Shown: positions 42,759 through 56,560 of the stretch, piece after piece
Position numbering within the stretch: position 1 is the first letter of the stretch
How the letters are laid out: each line of letters opens with the position of its first letter
Origin: Eledone cirrhosa
Lineage: Eukaryota
Length of the DNA: 64,000 bases
Assembly: GCA_964016885.1 (NCBI GenBank)
Contig: OZ024765.1
Coordinates: 14,384,001 to 14,448,000 of the forward strand
Direction of reading: 5' to 3'
Made by a program: the position numbers and the translations under genes
Notes under the pieces: generated by a model
Seen by the model: only the letters and a program-made list of their open reading frames with translations
Database searches by the model: none
What the model was told of the DNA's origin: nothing

Positions 42759-43624
42759 TAATTGGAATATGAATATGGCGCTGGCAGTCGAAGAAACAAC
42801 ACTACGCGTTCAGCCGCCCCCTTGTATAAATAACATTTTTTTTCTTTTTAGAGGCAGTTTTTGGATTTTTTTAAATTTAAAGATTTTTTTTTAGGAACTT
42901 TCAATGTTTTCAAGCTTTTATAGATTTCGCCGTCTGAACAATGCTATAGATCCGATTCCAGCCAGATCTACTCATCAGACTTGTTAATCAAGCAAAGCCA
43001 AAATTTCATCTCCCAGATTAAAAAGCCTGATGAGAAGATCGGGCTAGAGTCGGGTCTATAGCATTAATGAAGACCCTGAGCCATCCATCTGTGAAACAGT
43101 CGTAACTATGTATAATCAATAAAGACCTTAATGTGAAACCTCGCTTTGTTTTCAATATATATAACCTGCCTTAGGATAGAGTGTTAACCTTGGTACCCAC
43201 CTCAGTAAACCATGAGTTTACTGAACCACCTATATATATATATATAAATATATAATTGGTGTTGGATGCTTAAAGCGTCCGTATGCGGTAGGCCATATGA
43301 GCACTCGATGCTCTCATAGAGCAGAGTATGATATCACAGAAAAAAAGAGAATCAGTGTTGCGACGAATGGAATTTATTGGACATGTTACAATCGTTTCTC
43401 TGGCGACCAACTCGAGGCACGATCGATGTGATGATCGAACCTGACTCTTAAAATCGCAAGGTTCTCAGATACGTCTTGATTCTACGAAGCAGGTTTTCCT
43501 GTGATATATATATATATATATTAAAAAGATAGTTTATCGCTCTACGTGGCTAAATACAATAAATGTAATCTGAGTTTTTCGAATATTAATAATAATATTT
43601 AATTCATTTGCAATTATGCAGTAT

Positions 43625-43668
43625 ACTGTACTGATGAAGGGTAATCACCCAGAAACATTGTTTCCAGT
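43625..43668 (+). ncRNA. Minimal type I hammerhead motif
   Basis: ACTGta-CTGATGA-aGGGT aatc ACCCa-GAAA-CattG-TT-tcCAGT. Confidence 0.65.
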
Positions 43669-44348
43669 TCTGTTTACATGCCAACACAAGAGCAAGAATG
43701 AAGGGGTCATTCTACTGACATGGTTTAAAAAAGAGGCTGTTTGCATAATTGCAAACGAATCGAATATTATTAATTGGATTGGCAGTATCGGTAGAGGGTC
43801 GGACGCCATGCTTTGACGCATAGAGTTACGGCCCTTGCCATTCTGAGTTCAAATCCCGCCGAGGTTAACTTTGCCTTTCATCCTTACAGGGTCGATAAAA
43901 ATAAAGTACCAGTAATACACTGGGTAATTGCTGGCCTTGTGCCTATATAAGAAACCATTATTAATATTTGAAAAGGGCGGTGAATTGGCAGTATCGGAAG
44001 AGGGTCGGACATGCTTTCTAGCATAGAGTTACGTCCCTTTACGATCTGAGTTCAAATCCCGCCGAGGTTAACTTTGCCTTTCATCCATACGGGGTCGATA
44101 AAATAAAGTACCAGTAATGTACTGGGTGATTGCTGGCCTAGTGCCAAAATAAGAAACACTTATTAATATTTGAAAAACTCAGATTACATTTATTATATAT
44201 ATAAATTCCTGGGGATATGTAGACTAACGGACAGATACCCCGTATATATCGTGGTAAGGCCCGCCGTTATACATTGAAACCTATGTAGAATTAAAATTAT
44301 GTTTTAAGTATAATTTGGTTATTCTCTCTCTCCACACACACACATATA

Positions 44349-44506
44349 CCATATTTCCCGGCATCGAAGACGCTACTTTTTTTCTAAAATAAGTGTAAAA
44401 CAATCTACCATGCGTCCTGGAGGCCGAAGGTTATTTATTATTTTTTGGTTGTCAAAATTAGGGTGGGTCCTCGAGGACGAAGCGTCTTTGGCGCCGGGAA
44501 ATACAA
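44349..44506. mobile_element. Tc1/mariner-superfamily (Tc2/Kanga-like) MITE
   Basis: TIRs ccatatttcccggcatcgaagacgct / agcgtctttggcgccgggaaatac, flanked by TA. Confidence 0.7.
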
Positions 44507-45812
44507 TATTTCTATATATATATATGTGTGTGTGGTAATGTAATCATACATTTATATAATAGTTGTTAGATTGTATACAACACAGGACGAACGTGCAAAA
44601 GAAAAGAACAAGCTTCAAGATACCTGAAAGTCGCAAAACGTCATATCTGATTCAGTGTGATACTTTGAGTGAACACGACAGACAGAGCGGCGGATGTGAC
44701 GAAATAGGAAGTCACAACGAATTGGCAGAGTCTTTAGAACGTCGGATAGAATACTTTATGGTCTTTGTTCCGACTCTCTGCTCCCTGAGTTCAAATCTCG
44801 CCGAGGTCAACTTTGCCTTTCATCCTTTCGAGGTCGATAAGAAAAGTACCAGTCAAGTACTGGGGTCGATTCTTCTTCTATATCTCTGTCCCATTTCCTT
44901 TCTCTCTCTCTCTATATATATATGTGTATATATATATATATGACCAAAGATTAATATGGTTCGTTGATTATTCAACGAATACAATTTTACAATAGATTAG
45001 AAGCACTCGACAAGTATATATATAGTACCAGTCTAGTAGCGGGTTGATTCTTCCTCTATATCTCTTCCTAATTTCCTCTCTCTCATTCTATCTCTCCATC
45101 GATCGACTTTCGTCAAATCGGACCGAGGAAACAATGTTTCCGTTGGTCTTTCCAGTTGCTAATACTATCTATCGGTCGCAACTCCAGCTAGCAGGAGCAA
45201 CGTGAAATAAAGTGTCTTGCTCAAGGACATAACGCATCGCCCGGTCCAGGAATCGAACTCACAACCTCAAGATTGCGAATCCAATTCCATAACCACTCAG
45301 CCACACGCCTTCACTATCTCTCCATATATATACATACATACATACATAAAATACCAGTCTAGTACTGGGGTCGATTCTTCCTCTATATCTCTTTCTCATT
45401 TCCTCTCTCTCGCTTTATCTCTGCACGCCCCTGCTTTAGAACGTCAGATAGAATGCTTTGCAGTATTCTCTTTGCTCTTTGAGTTCAAATCTTACCGAGG
45501 TCAATTGTGACTTTCATCCCTTCAAGGTTGGTAAAACCCCACAAGTCTAGGAACCACAGAAATAAATAAGATAGCAGCTTGTTAAAGAAGGATTCCACGT
45601 ATTGGCAATATCGGTAGAGCGTCGGACGCCATGCTTTGACGCATAGAGTTACGGCCTTTGCCATTCTGAGTTCAAATCCCGCCGAGGTTAACTTTGCCTT
45701 TCATCCTTACGGGGGTCGATAAAATAAAGTACCAGTAATGTACTGGGTAATTACTGGCCTTGTGCCAATAGTAGAAACAATTGTATGTATTACACACAGA
45801 CACACACACATA

Positions 45813-45892
45813 CAGTGTGTCCCCCCAAAATGTATACACACTTTAATTACACTGCTGTTGATGTATGTATACATTTTTTTGGATACACCCTG
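45813..45892. mobile_element. 80-bp Tc1-like MITE
   Basis: TA-cagtgtgtcc..aaaatgtatac / gtatacatttt..ggatacaccctg. Confidence 0.65.
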
Positions 45893-46115
45893 TGTTTATA
45901 TCGACAGTCCATCGGCTTTCTGTCAAATCGGACCGAGGAAGCAATGTTTCCGTTGGTCTTTCCAATTGCTAATACTATCTATCTAACACTTTATATACAA
46001 TCTGCAAACTACAGCTGCCTTAAACCAGGAGAACAAACCAACAAGTTACTAACGTAATAACTTATATATACACACACACACACATATATATATACATGTA
46101 TGTATGTATATATAT

Positions 46116-46731
46116 GTCGGGTCACTCTTGAGTGCTACTGGTAACATGTAACCCAGTACAACCAGTCGCATGGTCGGGTCGTCGGCGACTAAACCGGCAA
46201 CCCCACCAAGTTTACTTGGTGAGGAGGGTGATTTTGGACACCCTGCAGGACAAAAAACAAAACCTGACAAAGGGCGAAAGAACTCATAAGAGTCAACGGC
46301 CATCCCAAAGTGTGTAAATATGTATATAGACATGTACATATGTATGTATATGTATATGGGTGCATGTGTATATATATGTGCGGGGACATAGAAATAGTCG
46401 TGCAGGACACATGATCGCGCGGTTAAACCACTGGGAATGAAGGACCCCTAGCATTTGTCAGGGCATTCTTCTAGGATCTAGGAGAAGGCAACTCAGGAAA
46501 CTGGGATGACTCCGATATAAAACCTGCGGCTCAGTAGTTACCGATGATGTTGATCTTTTCTTCTTTTCGAGTTATAGCTACTGTCGTTCAGAGAGTGGGA
46601 TTGGCTCTGTGCACAGTCTTTCCTCACTGTAAAGAATATCTTCATCCATAGGCGTTGCACGATAGAATTAATTTTGATAATTATTAATAATGGTATATCG
46701 TGCAATGGCCATACTCGATAACGAGGGGGCA

Positions 46732-46740
<9 letters not shown>
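46116..46740 (+). mobile_element. Full-length non-autonomous RTE-derived element, subfamily 2
   Basis: Starts gtcgggtcactcttgagtgc and ends gataacgagggggcagccatcat. Confidence 0.72.
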
Positions 46741-46771
<31 letters not shown>

Positions 46772-46775
<4 letters not shown>

Positions 46776-46917
46776 TGGTGAGAGCAGACCTCAGATCGCT
46801 GAAGCTCATAGAGGAGATGACGAAGGACCGTGACAAGTGGAGAGATGCTGTGCTGAATAGGACCCGTCCCACCCTTGCAAGCAGGGAAAAGCGGACGTAA
46901 AATGATGATGATGATGA

Positions 46918-46920
<3 letters not shown>
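46772..46920 (+). mobile_element. RTE LINE extreme 3' end with (ATG)n tail
   Basis: VVRADLRSLKLIEEMTKDRDKWRDAVL...REKRT*. Confidence 0.75.
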
Positions 46921-46975
<55 letters not shown>

Positions 46976-47482
46976 CACACACACATGTATGTATGTATGT
47001 ATGTTTATATATATATATATATCCAGGGGTTGTAACCAATCGTCCTTGTTATCCTTTCAATATATATATATATATATAACGAAGGAGGTGTGGTAAGAAA
47101 TCAGATAGACCATAACGTACCAGAGTACTCAATACTTAGTGTAGTAGAGTGGGCAGTAGGAAAATGTTTAACATTTTCTTATATATATACACACATATGT
47201 CTGTGATTGTTTGAACACAAACTGCTCCAGCATGTACACAGTCTAATGAGAGAAACCAGTAAAAAGTGAAAAAAGATTTCTACCTTGAGTATTTGTCAAG
47301 TGTTGACTGGTTTAGGACAAAGATACAAGACACTGCACACAATAGAGTTACTCTCCTGGCATAGGACAGGTACTCTCCTTGCATAAGACAGAAGCGCCCT
47401 CCCTGCATAGGAGAACACCCCCCTGGCATAGGAGAGGTATTCTCCCAGTATAGGACATGGTACCCTCCTTGCAGAGGATATG

Positions 47483-49838
47483 GACACAAGACCAGCAATT
47501 TTGGCGGAGAGGAGAGGAGATGAGTTAAATCGACCCAAGTGTGTTACTGGTACTTTACTTTATCGACCCCGTAAGAATGACAGGCAAAGCTAACCCTGGC
47601 AGGATTTCAACCCAAGACATTAACAGCTATAACTAACTCCCTAAAATTGTAACAATAATAACGACAGTAACAACAACAACAATAATAATTGTTGTTTTTA
47701 CTATAGGCACAAGGCCAGCAATTTTTGGGGGGAGAGGGGAAAGTTGATTAAATTGACCCAGTGTATTACTGGTACCTTATTTATTGACCTGTTAGGATTA
47801 AAGACAATGTCAACCTCAGCAGGATTTGAACTCAGACTGTAAAGGGCAGTAACTTTGTGCTGCGACGCAGGGTGTCCTACACTCTACTGATTTTGCCAAT
47901 CCAGTGCCCTAATAATTGTTTCTTCTTTTGGCACAAGGCCAGCAATTACCCCAGTGTATTACTGGTACTTTATTTTATCTACCTTGGCGGGATTTGAACT
48001 CAGAATGTAAAGAGCTGGAACTTCATTAAATCGACCCCAGTGCGTGACTGGTACTTTATTTTATCGACCTCGGATTTGAACTCAGAATGGAAAGGGCCAT
48101 AACTCTATGCTGCAAAGCATAATAATAATAATAATAATTGTTTCTACTTTTGGCACAAGGCCAGCAATTACCCAGTGCATTACTGGTACTTTATTTTATC
48201 GACCCCGTAAGGATGAAAGGCAAAGTGAACCTTGGCGGGATTTGAACTCAGATCGTAAAGGGACGTAACACTATGTTACAAAGCATGGTGTCTGACTCTC
48301 TACCAATACTGCCAATCCATAATGGTTTCTCATTTCAGTAATTTGAAGAGGACCCCCAGTGTATTACTGGCGCTTTATTTTATCGACCTCAGATTTGAAC
48401 TCAGAACGTAAAGGGCCTTAACTCTATGCTGCGAAGCATAATAATGATAATAATGATTTCTACTATAGGCACAAGGCCAGTAATTTGGGGGATGGGAAAG
48501 GCGATTAAATTGACCCAGTGCGTGACCTCGGATTTGAACTCAGAACGTAAAGGGCCGTAACTCAATGCTGCAAAGCACAATAATAACAACATTAATAATA
48601 ACAATAATAAATAATAACAAGAACAATGAGGACTATATTAACAAATGTTACATTGTCGCACGAGGAATCAAAAAAAAAAAACAAAAACATTTTTTTAACA
48701 AACAAAAAAAAAAAATTATAAAACAATTATATAAACAAACATAAAATAAAAACCAATGTTTTTTGTTGAGTTTGTGTTTGTGTTTTTTCCTCTCTTTTTT
48801 GAAGTCAATTTTTGTTGTTGTTTCCTTTTTTGTGGGGGGTGGGGGAGCATGTGAGGTTTTTTTATGGCGGTCTCGTCTTTAGAATCTTTTGTTAATTTAT
48901 TCATAATTTTTATAATTATTATAATTATTTTTATTTTTTTTCCTGTCTGTCTGTCTGTCTGTCTGTCTCATTTTTTTTTTTTTTTGATTTTTTTTTTGGC
49001 AATTTTTAAAATTTTTCTTCTTCTTTTCAACAAAAAAGAAAAGAAAGAAAAAATGTAATTTTATCAAATTTTTCATACATTTATCCACCTCGAACACGGC
49101 ACCCCACCCTCGCACCCCCACTCAAAATAATAGTAATAATAATTGTTTCTACTTTAGGCACAAGGCCAGCAAATACCCAGTGCATTACTGGTACTTTATT
49201 TTATCGACCCCGTAAGGATGAAAGGCAAAGTCAACCTTGGCGGGATTTGAACTCAGATCGTGAAGGGACGTAACTCTATGCTGGAAAGCATAATAATAAT
49301 AATAATAATAATAATAATTGTTTCTACTTTTGGCACAAGGCCAGCAATTACCCCAGTACATTACTGGTACTTTATTTTATCGACCCCGGAAGGATGAAAG
49401 GCAAAGTTAACCTCGGCGGGATTTGAACTCAGAATGGCAAGGGCCGTAACTCTATGCGTCAAAGCATGGCGTCCGATCCTCTCCCGATACTGCCTAATAA
49501 TAATAATAATAATTGTTACTAATTTAGGCACAAGGCTAATAATTTAAGGGGGAAAAATTTGGAAAAAAAAAAAATCGATTAAATCAACCCCAGTGTATGA
49601 CTGGTACTTTATTTTATCAAACTCGAAAGGATGACAGGTAAAGTTGACCTCAGTGGTAATTGAACTGAGGGTGTAAAGAGCCCGAACAAATTACTGCAAT
49701 GAACTTGTTGGATGCTCTAACGCCTCTGCCAACCTAACAGCAATAATAATAATAATAATAATTGTTTCTGCTATTGGCACAAGGCCAGAAATTACCCCAG
49801 TACATTACTGGTACTTTATTTTATCGACCGCGTAAGGA

Positions 49839-49883
<45 letters not shown>

Positions 49884-50463
49884 GTTTCTTATTTAGGCAC
49901 AAGGCCAGCAATTTCGGGGCAGGGGAAAGTCGACCAAATCGACCCCAGTACATTACTGGTACTTTATTTTATCGACCACTTAAGGATGAAAGGCAAAGCT
50001 TAAACCTCGGCGGGATTTGAACTCAGAATGTAAAGAGCTGTAACTCTATGTCACAAAGCATATTGTCCGACGCTCTACCGATTCTGCCAATCCACCACTG
50101 TAATAATAATAATAATAATAATAATAATGTTTGTTTTTTTTTAAATATTTACTTCTCTCTCAACTGACTGATTTTTCTCAGTTTCAGAAGATCCTGTTTG
50201 GGTGAAAGCAGAAATTATTTGCTTACACTTTAATCTGTACTACTAATAAATAAATAAATTATTAATAATAATAATTGTTATCTACGTTAGGCACAAGGCC
50301 AGCAATTACCCAGTGCATTACTGGTACTTTATTTTATCGACCCCGTAAGGATGAAAGGCAAAGTTAACCTCGGCGGGATTTGATGTCAGAATAGCAAGGG
50401 CCGTAACTCTATACGTCAAAGCATGGCGTCCGACCCTCTACCAATACTGCCAATCCACCGCCC
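47483..50463 (-). mobile_element. Cluster of ~13 co-oriented SINE family 1 copies and fragments
   Basis: Repeated ggcacaaggccagcaatt...actggtactttattttatcgacccc...ggatttgaactcaga separated by (AAT)n. Confidence 0.85.
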
Positions 50464-51755
50464 TATTTATTAATAATTATTAATAATAATAATGATAATA
50501 ATAAAAACATATTTCTCTGCTTAATTATTATTTTTCGCGGTTTCACACCAAATTGAAACCAATTATCATTAATGATATTATTAATATTATTATTATTATT
50601 TTTTTTTTGGTGGGGGTGGCGAGGTGGGGTTAACCTGTTTCACATCCAATAAATGTTTTTTTTTTTTTTTAAATTGTTTCTGTTTTTTTGTTGGTATGTT
50701 TGTTTGTTTTTAAGGAGTTAGGAAGTGGCTGAGTTCACCTGGCAACACATTTCTAAGAAATAAATGTCTGTGAGGTTGCGTTGTGTTTTTATTCATATTT
50801 TTTTATATCAGATTTTATTTTATTATTTTTCTTGTATTTTAATTTAAAATTTTTTTTTCCTTTCTTTTGTTTTCATATTTTCAAGTCTCTTTGAAACAGT
50901 TAAAAACACGTTTGTCTGCGTTACACATATTGTAACAAATAATGTTTTCTCCAAAACATTACATTCTTTCTTTATTATGTCCAAATATGTTTACACTGCG
51001 ACACATTTTGTAACAAGTCATTTTTTTTCTCCATATAATAATAATAATAATTATAATAATAATATTTACCACTGTTACAGTCCAAGCAGTTTTTCTTTTG
51101 AGTTTTTGTGTCACACATGTAACAAATTTTTTTTTTTGCCTTTTCCTTTCTCTTTTTTCATTTGCAACAACATTTTTACATGTGTCACAACTGTAACAGC
51201 AACAATATACATGTTTATATCTGTGTCACACCTGTAACTGATTTATATTATTATTTTTTTTTCTTTTGTTTAATCATGCGATTGATCACATTTGTCAAAA
51301 TTGAATTTCTTCATAAGTTTTTTTTTTCCTTTGTTCTTTCTTGCGTACCTGCTTTTATTTATATAATGCCTCATCTTTGTATCACATTTGTAACAGGAAG
51401 TTTTTTCTGGTTACAACAGTGTAACATGATGTATCAGGAGTTTTTCAATCTTTTTTATTTTGTATTTTGATGTTTTTTTTTTTTTGACATACCTGTAACA
51501 AACTATTCTTACCTTGTGACATAATTTCTATAACAATTTGGCTGTTTTTTTAATTATTTTCTGTACATATGTCACAACTATATATATATATATATATATT
51601 TTAAAAAAAACCTCCAGAAACATTGACCTATATTTACCTGTGTCACAACACTCTGATACACCTGTGATACACATCAGACACAACATGAAGTTCATGTGTT
51701 TACATGTGTTTCCATCATCAGCATGGCTCTCCAATATAATTATAGTCTTTTTTGA

Positions 51756-51790
<35 letters not shown>

Positions 51791-51841
51791 CTTGCATACA
51801 TACACATAAATACATACATATATACACACACACATACACAC

Positions 51842-51886
<45 letters not shown>

Positions 51887-52018
51887 TGCATATATATATA
51901 TGCACATACATACTTTCATGTGTATATATATATATGTTTATATATATATATATATATTATATATATATATATATTATATATATGTTTATATATATATATA
52001 TGTTTATATATATATGTT

Positions 52019-52050
<32 letters not shown>

Positions 52051-53222
52051 CATACACATATATATATGGTTGGATAGATTTCTATATTTCTAAATACTTT
52101 CTAATCAATTACCAAATTACCCTTATCAATATTATCATTATCATAATTATCATTATCATTATTATTATTATTATCTTTATCATTATTGAAACTATCAGAA
52201 TTAATATTTTCCTTTATCTGAATGTCTGTGTGTCTTCAAGTTTCATATATGTGCTTTTTAAAATTAAATTTGTTTCCACCTGAATCTCAAATGGTTTGAT
52301 TGTAAAGTGGGTTTCATAAGTTGATAAATTAAAAAAAATTAGGGATCATAGAATGGGAGTGGGTTTTATAATTTGATTATAATATAATTAGTTACAATTA
52401 AAAATCAGAGGCTGGGTTGAATGTTCTTACAGTCTCATCGTACTGTTCCAGTCATCTAGAAAGCCATTACGACAAATAAATGAAATTATAAATGTTAATG
52501 TCAATATTATTATTTATAATATTTTAATATTAATATTATTATTATTATTATTATTGGTAGAATTGGTAGAGCAGCAGCTAAGATACCATAACAGGATTTG
52601 ATTCTGGCTCTTTAAATTCTGAGTTCCAATCCCACAAAGGTTAATCCCACCAATGCTTTTCAATGTTCGGGGATGATGGTGTGTTAGTGGTCGATAAAAT
52701 ACCAGTTATATATTGAGGGAAGGTAGAGTGTTTATTGATTCAATCAACTTTGCCCTCGCCAACAAATTTACTGGTCTTTTGCTTAAATCACAAATTATTA
52801 TTATTGTTGTTATTATTATTATTATTATTATTTTCAATTTTTATTCGATTTTTATTGTAAACCCTCCCCCCCACTGACCCCGTCTTTGTATTGTCCCCTA
52901 AATGTCGGCCCTTGTAGCCAATAATTATCTGATTATTACTATTATTATTATTGTTGTTGTTGTTGTTATTATTTATATTATTTTGGTGAGGACGTATAGT
53001 TTTGGTTTTTCGTCGTTTCGTTTCGAAGATAAGAAAAGAGAGCAAGTCAAACGGAGCTCCTCTACTTTCTCTTCCTCCCCCTCCTCCTCTCTCCCTCCTC
53101 CTACTCTTCTTTCATCTCATTTGTACTTGGTACTCTAGTTCTTTCTTCCGTTTTTTTCCCCTGTGCTTTTCTCTCGTTTGGATTTTTTTAATTATTTCTG
53201 CGCCTGCACATATATGTATGCA

Positions 53223-53261
<39 letters not shown>

Positions 53262-53272
53262 ATATATATATT

Positions 53273-53338
<66 letters not shown>

Positions 53339-53352
53339 AATATATATATATG

Positions 53353-53404
<52 letters not shown>

Positions 53405-53440
53405 TATGTATGTATATATATATGTGTATATATATGTATG

Positions 53441-53513
<73 letters not shown>

Positions 53514-53739
53514 ATATATATGTGTATATGTATATATTGATATATAGGTATATATATGTGTGTGAGTGTTTGTGTATCCATAAATAAATATACATATATA
53601 TGTATATATATATATTCTTTCACATCCAGATATGCATGATATATTTATACATATAGACACACACACACACACACACACTCATACATATGTATCTATATAT
53701 ATACATATATACACACACATACACACATATATATATATT

Positions 53740-53802
<63 letters not shown>

Positions 53803-53815
53803 ATTTATATATATA

Positions 53816-53855
<40 letters not shown>

Positions 53856-54097
53856 TAGATGTATATATATAGATGTGTATATATATATATATATATAATT
53901 GTTTCGCTTTGTAATAGACCTTTATATTTATTCAATTTAACTGAATTTTATAGAATTTAAAAAAAATTAATTCTTTAAAGTTTGGAATTGTTTTTAATAC
54001 GGCATTGGAAACATTTTTTGTTATATTGATTTCATTACTTTTTAAATATATATATACATATATATATACACACACACACACATATATATATACACAC

Positions 54098-54128
<31 letters not shown>

Positions 54129-54150
54129 CTTATATATATATATATATATA

Positions 54151-54195
<45 letters not shown>

Positions 54196-54332
54196 TTATA
54201 TATATATATGTATGCATATATATATATATGCATATATATATATAGGCATATATATATATATATGTATATATATACTTATATGTATATACATATATACATA
54301 TAGGGAGTTGATGGACCCAGCATATTTATATG

Positions 54333-54402
<70 letters not shown>

Positions 54403-54705
54403 GTGTGTGTGCATGCATGTAAGTATGTGTATCTATATACATACATATTTTTAATGTATATGTATATAAATGTGTATATATATATTTACATATGTATGTA
54501 TATATATATATATATATGCATATATATATTTATATATATATGTATATATATGTATGTATATATGTCTGTATATATATATATCTTTTATATATATGTATAT
54601 ATATATATATATATAAGTATATATATATATATATGTGTATATATGTATAAATATGTATGTATATAAGTCTCTTTTTTATATATATATAAGAAGTCTGTTT
54701 TATGT

Positions 54706-54869
54706 TCAAGGAACAAATATATATGATATAAAGGATATTAAAACCAGCTGCAATGAAGATATCACATTTAAAGAACATGAGACCCCTATCTGGGCAGACG
54801 TGGAGTCAAAACTACCCTCTGGGATTTGAGATGTGGCTGAATCAGTTTTGCGTGGACTTGTATCTTGCC
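54706..54869 (-). CDS. ANOS1: Anosmin-1/KAL-1-like gene, terminal coding exon with GPI-signal-like tail
   Basis: Strong acceptor tttttatttattttctttgcag|. Phase 1 start matches the previous exon. Encodes (W)QDTSPRKTDSATSQIPEGSFDSTSAQIGVSCSLNVISSLQLVLISFISYIFVP*: a Ser/Thr linker then a hydrophobic C-terminus. Confidence 0.8.
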
Positions 54870-54975
54870 CTGCAAAGAAAATAAATAAAAATATATTGAG
54901 GGTGACCACAAAAACACAAGAATGAACGTACAACGGTGATGATGATGATGATGATATATATATATGTATACATTT

Positions 54976-55378
54976 GGAGGCATATGGCTTAGTGGTTAGA
55001 GCATTGGTCTTGCAATCGAAAGGTTGTGAGTTCAATTCTCAGACCGGGTGATGTGTTGTTTCCTTGAGCAAGACACTTTATTTCACATTGTTCCAGTTTA
55101 CTCAGCTGTAGAAATGAGATGATAGGACTGGGGTCCCTATCATTCCACTGCAAAGTGGTCGTGGTGGTGCCATGGCAAAAAAAGCACCCAGCCCACACTG
55201 TATAGTGGACGTGTAGGCGCCACGGGGGAAAAAAAAAAAACAGCATTCACTGTAAATGAGGTTGGTGTTAGGAAGGGCATCCAGCTGTAGAAATCAAGCT
55301 AGAATCAGTTCCCGTCCCACTCTTGCACTTGCAAGCAGGGAAAAGCGGACGTTAAATGATGATGATGATGATGATGAT
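54976..55378 (+). mobile_element. Full-length SINE family 3
   Basis: A box tggcttagtgg, B box gagttcaattc, core ccttgagcaagacactt, tail ttgcaagcagggaaaagcggacgttaaa(tga)n. Confidence 0.85.
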
Positions 55379-55574
55379 AATATGTACAATAGCCAAAGTC
55401 GATACCTATAATCTGGTATTCGTGCCAACCCTTACCTTGGGTTATGACCCAAAGATGTGGTTGTAAATACAAGCAGCTAAAATGGTGTTTCTCCGAAGTG
55501 TCTTTGAAGTAACATTACTTGATAAAGTGCATAGCTTGGGGATCAGAGACCCCTCCAGATAGAGCTGCTACTTC

Positions 55575-56185
55575 TCCCAAGCATACGGGTATATGGTTAG
55601 AATGTCTCATGAAAGAATCACTGTATATATTCTACAGGCAAAACCAACTGTCAGGGGACCCAAGGGTAGACCCCCTAGCAAGATAGATGGATACCATCTA
55701 TGAGCTTGGTTGGTCTCATTTGGGGATCCAGCTGGATCAATTGGAGATGGTTGCTGGAAAGTATGTTTGAGGACTCTGGCCCCATGACCCTCTCAGAAAT
55801 AAGTTGGAGAAGAAGAAGAAGAATGAGAAGACAAAAGGACAAGAGGACAAGAGGACAAGAAGAAGAAGAAGACAGAAGAAAACGATGACAAAAAGAAGCG
55901 GAGGAAGAAGAAAAAGATGACAAAAAGAAGCGGAGGAAGAAGAAAAAAAGATGACAAAAAGAAGCGGAGGAAGAAAAAGAAAAAGATGACAAAAAGAAGC
56001 GGAGGAAGAAGAAAAAAAGATGACAAAAAGAAGAGGAGGCAGAAGGAGAAAATAAAGAAGAAAAGAAGATGTAGAAGAAAGAAAAAGATGTAGAAGAAGA
56101 AGAAGAAAAAGAGGAAGAAGAAGAAGAAAAAGAAGAAGAAAAAGAAGAAGAAGAAAAATAACAATAAGAATAATAAGAAAAAGAA
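55575..56185 (+). mobile_element. RTE-like LINE 3' end with expanded GAA-rich tail
   Basis: GYMVRMSHERIT..ILQAKP..R..KGRP relic. Related reverse copy at 58645-59230 with its own expanded tail. Confidence 0.7.
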
Positions 56186-56427
56186 GAAATAATAATAATA
56201 ATAATTGTTTCTACTTTTGGCACAAGGCCAGCAAATACCCAGTGCATTACTGGTACTTTATTTTATCGACCCCGTAAAGATGAACAGCAAAGTTAACCTC
56301 GGCGGGATTTGAACTCAGAATGGCAAGGGCCGTAACTCTATGCGTCAAAGCATGGCGTCCGACCCTCTACCGATACTGCCAATCCATCGCCCTTTATAAC
56401 AACAATAATAATAATAAGTAGACTTAC

Positions 56428-56560
56428 ATTGTGTGTGTAATATAGGTGTCTTTACGCTAAGCTTTGTGGGGGGACTTCGTCCTATTTTGGAATCAGCATA
56501 AATAAATATGATATATTGAGTGTTTTCTCGTAGGTTGTTAAATCGGAACTTAGTTTGGTT
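56428..56560 (-). CDS. ANOS1: Anosmin-1/KAL-1-like gene, coding exon (second half of last FN3 repeat)
   Basis: Acceptor ctctctttttcag| and donor |gtaagt. 133 nt, phase 0 to 1. Encodes NQTKFRFNNLRENTQYIIFIYADSKIGRSPPTKLSVKTPILHTQ (tyrosine corner 'L.ENTQY.I.I.A....G.SP'). Confidence 0.88.

Noticed and set aside
55436-55476. Extra anosmin-like exon (ag|ctgcttgtatttacaacc...ccaag|gtaagg)
   Set aside because: In the required phase it hits a stop, and its length breaks the frame with the last exon.
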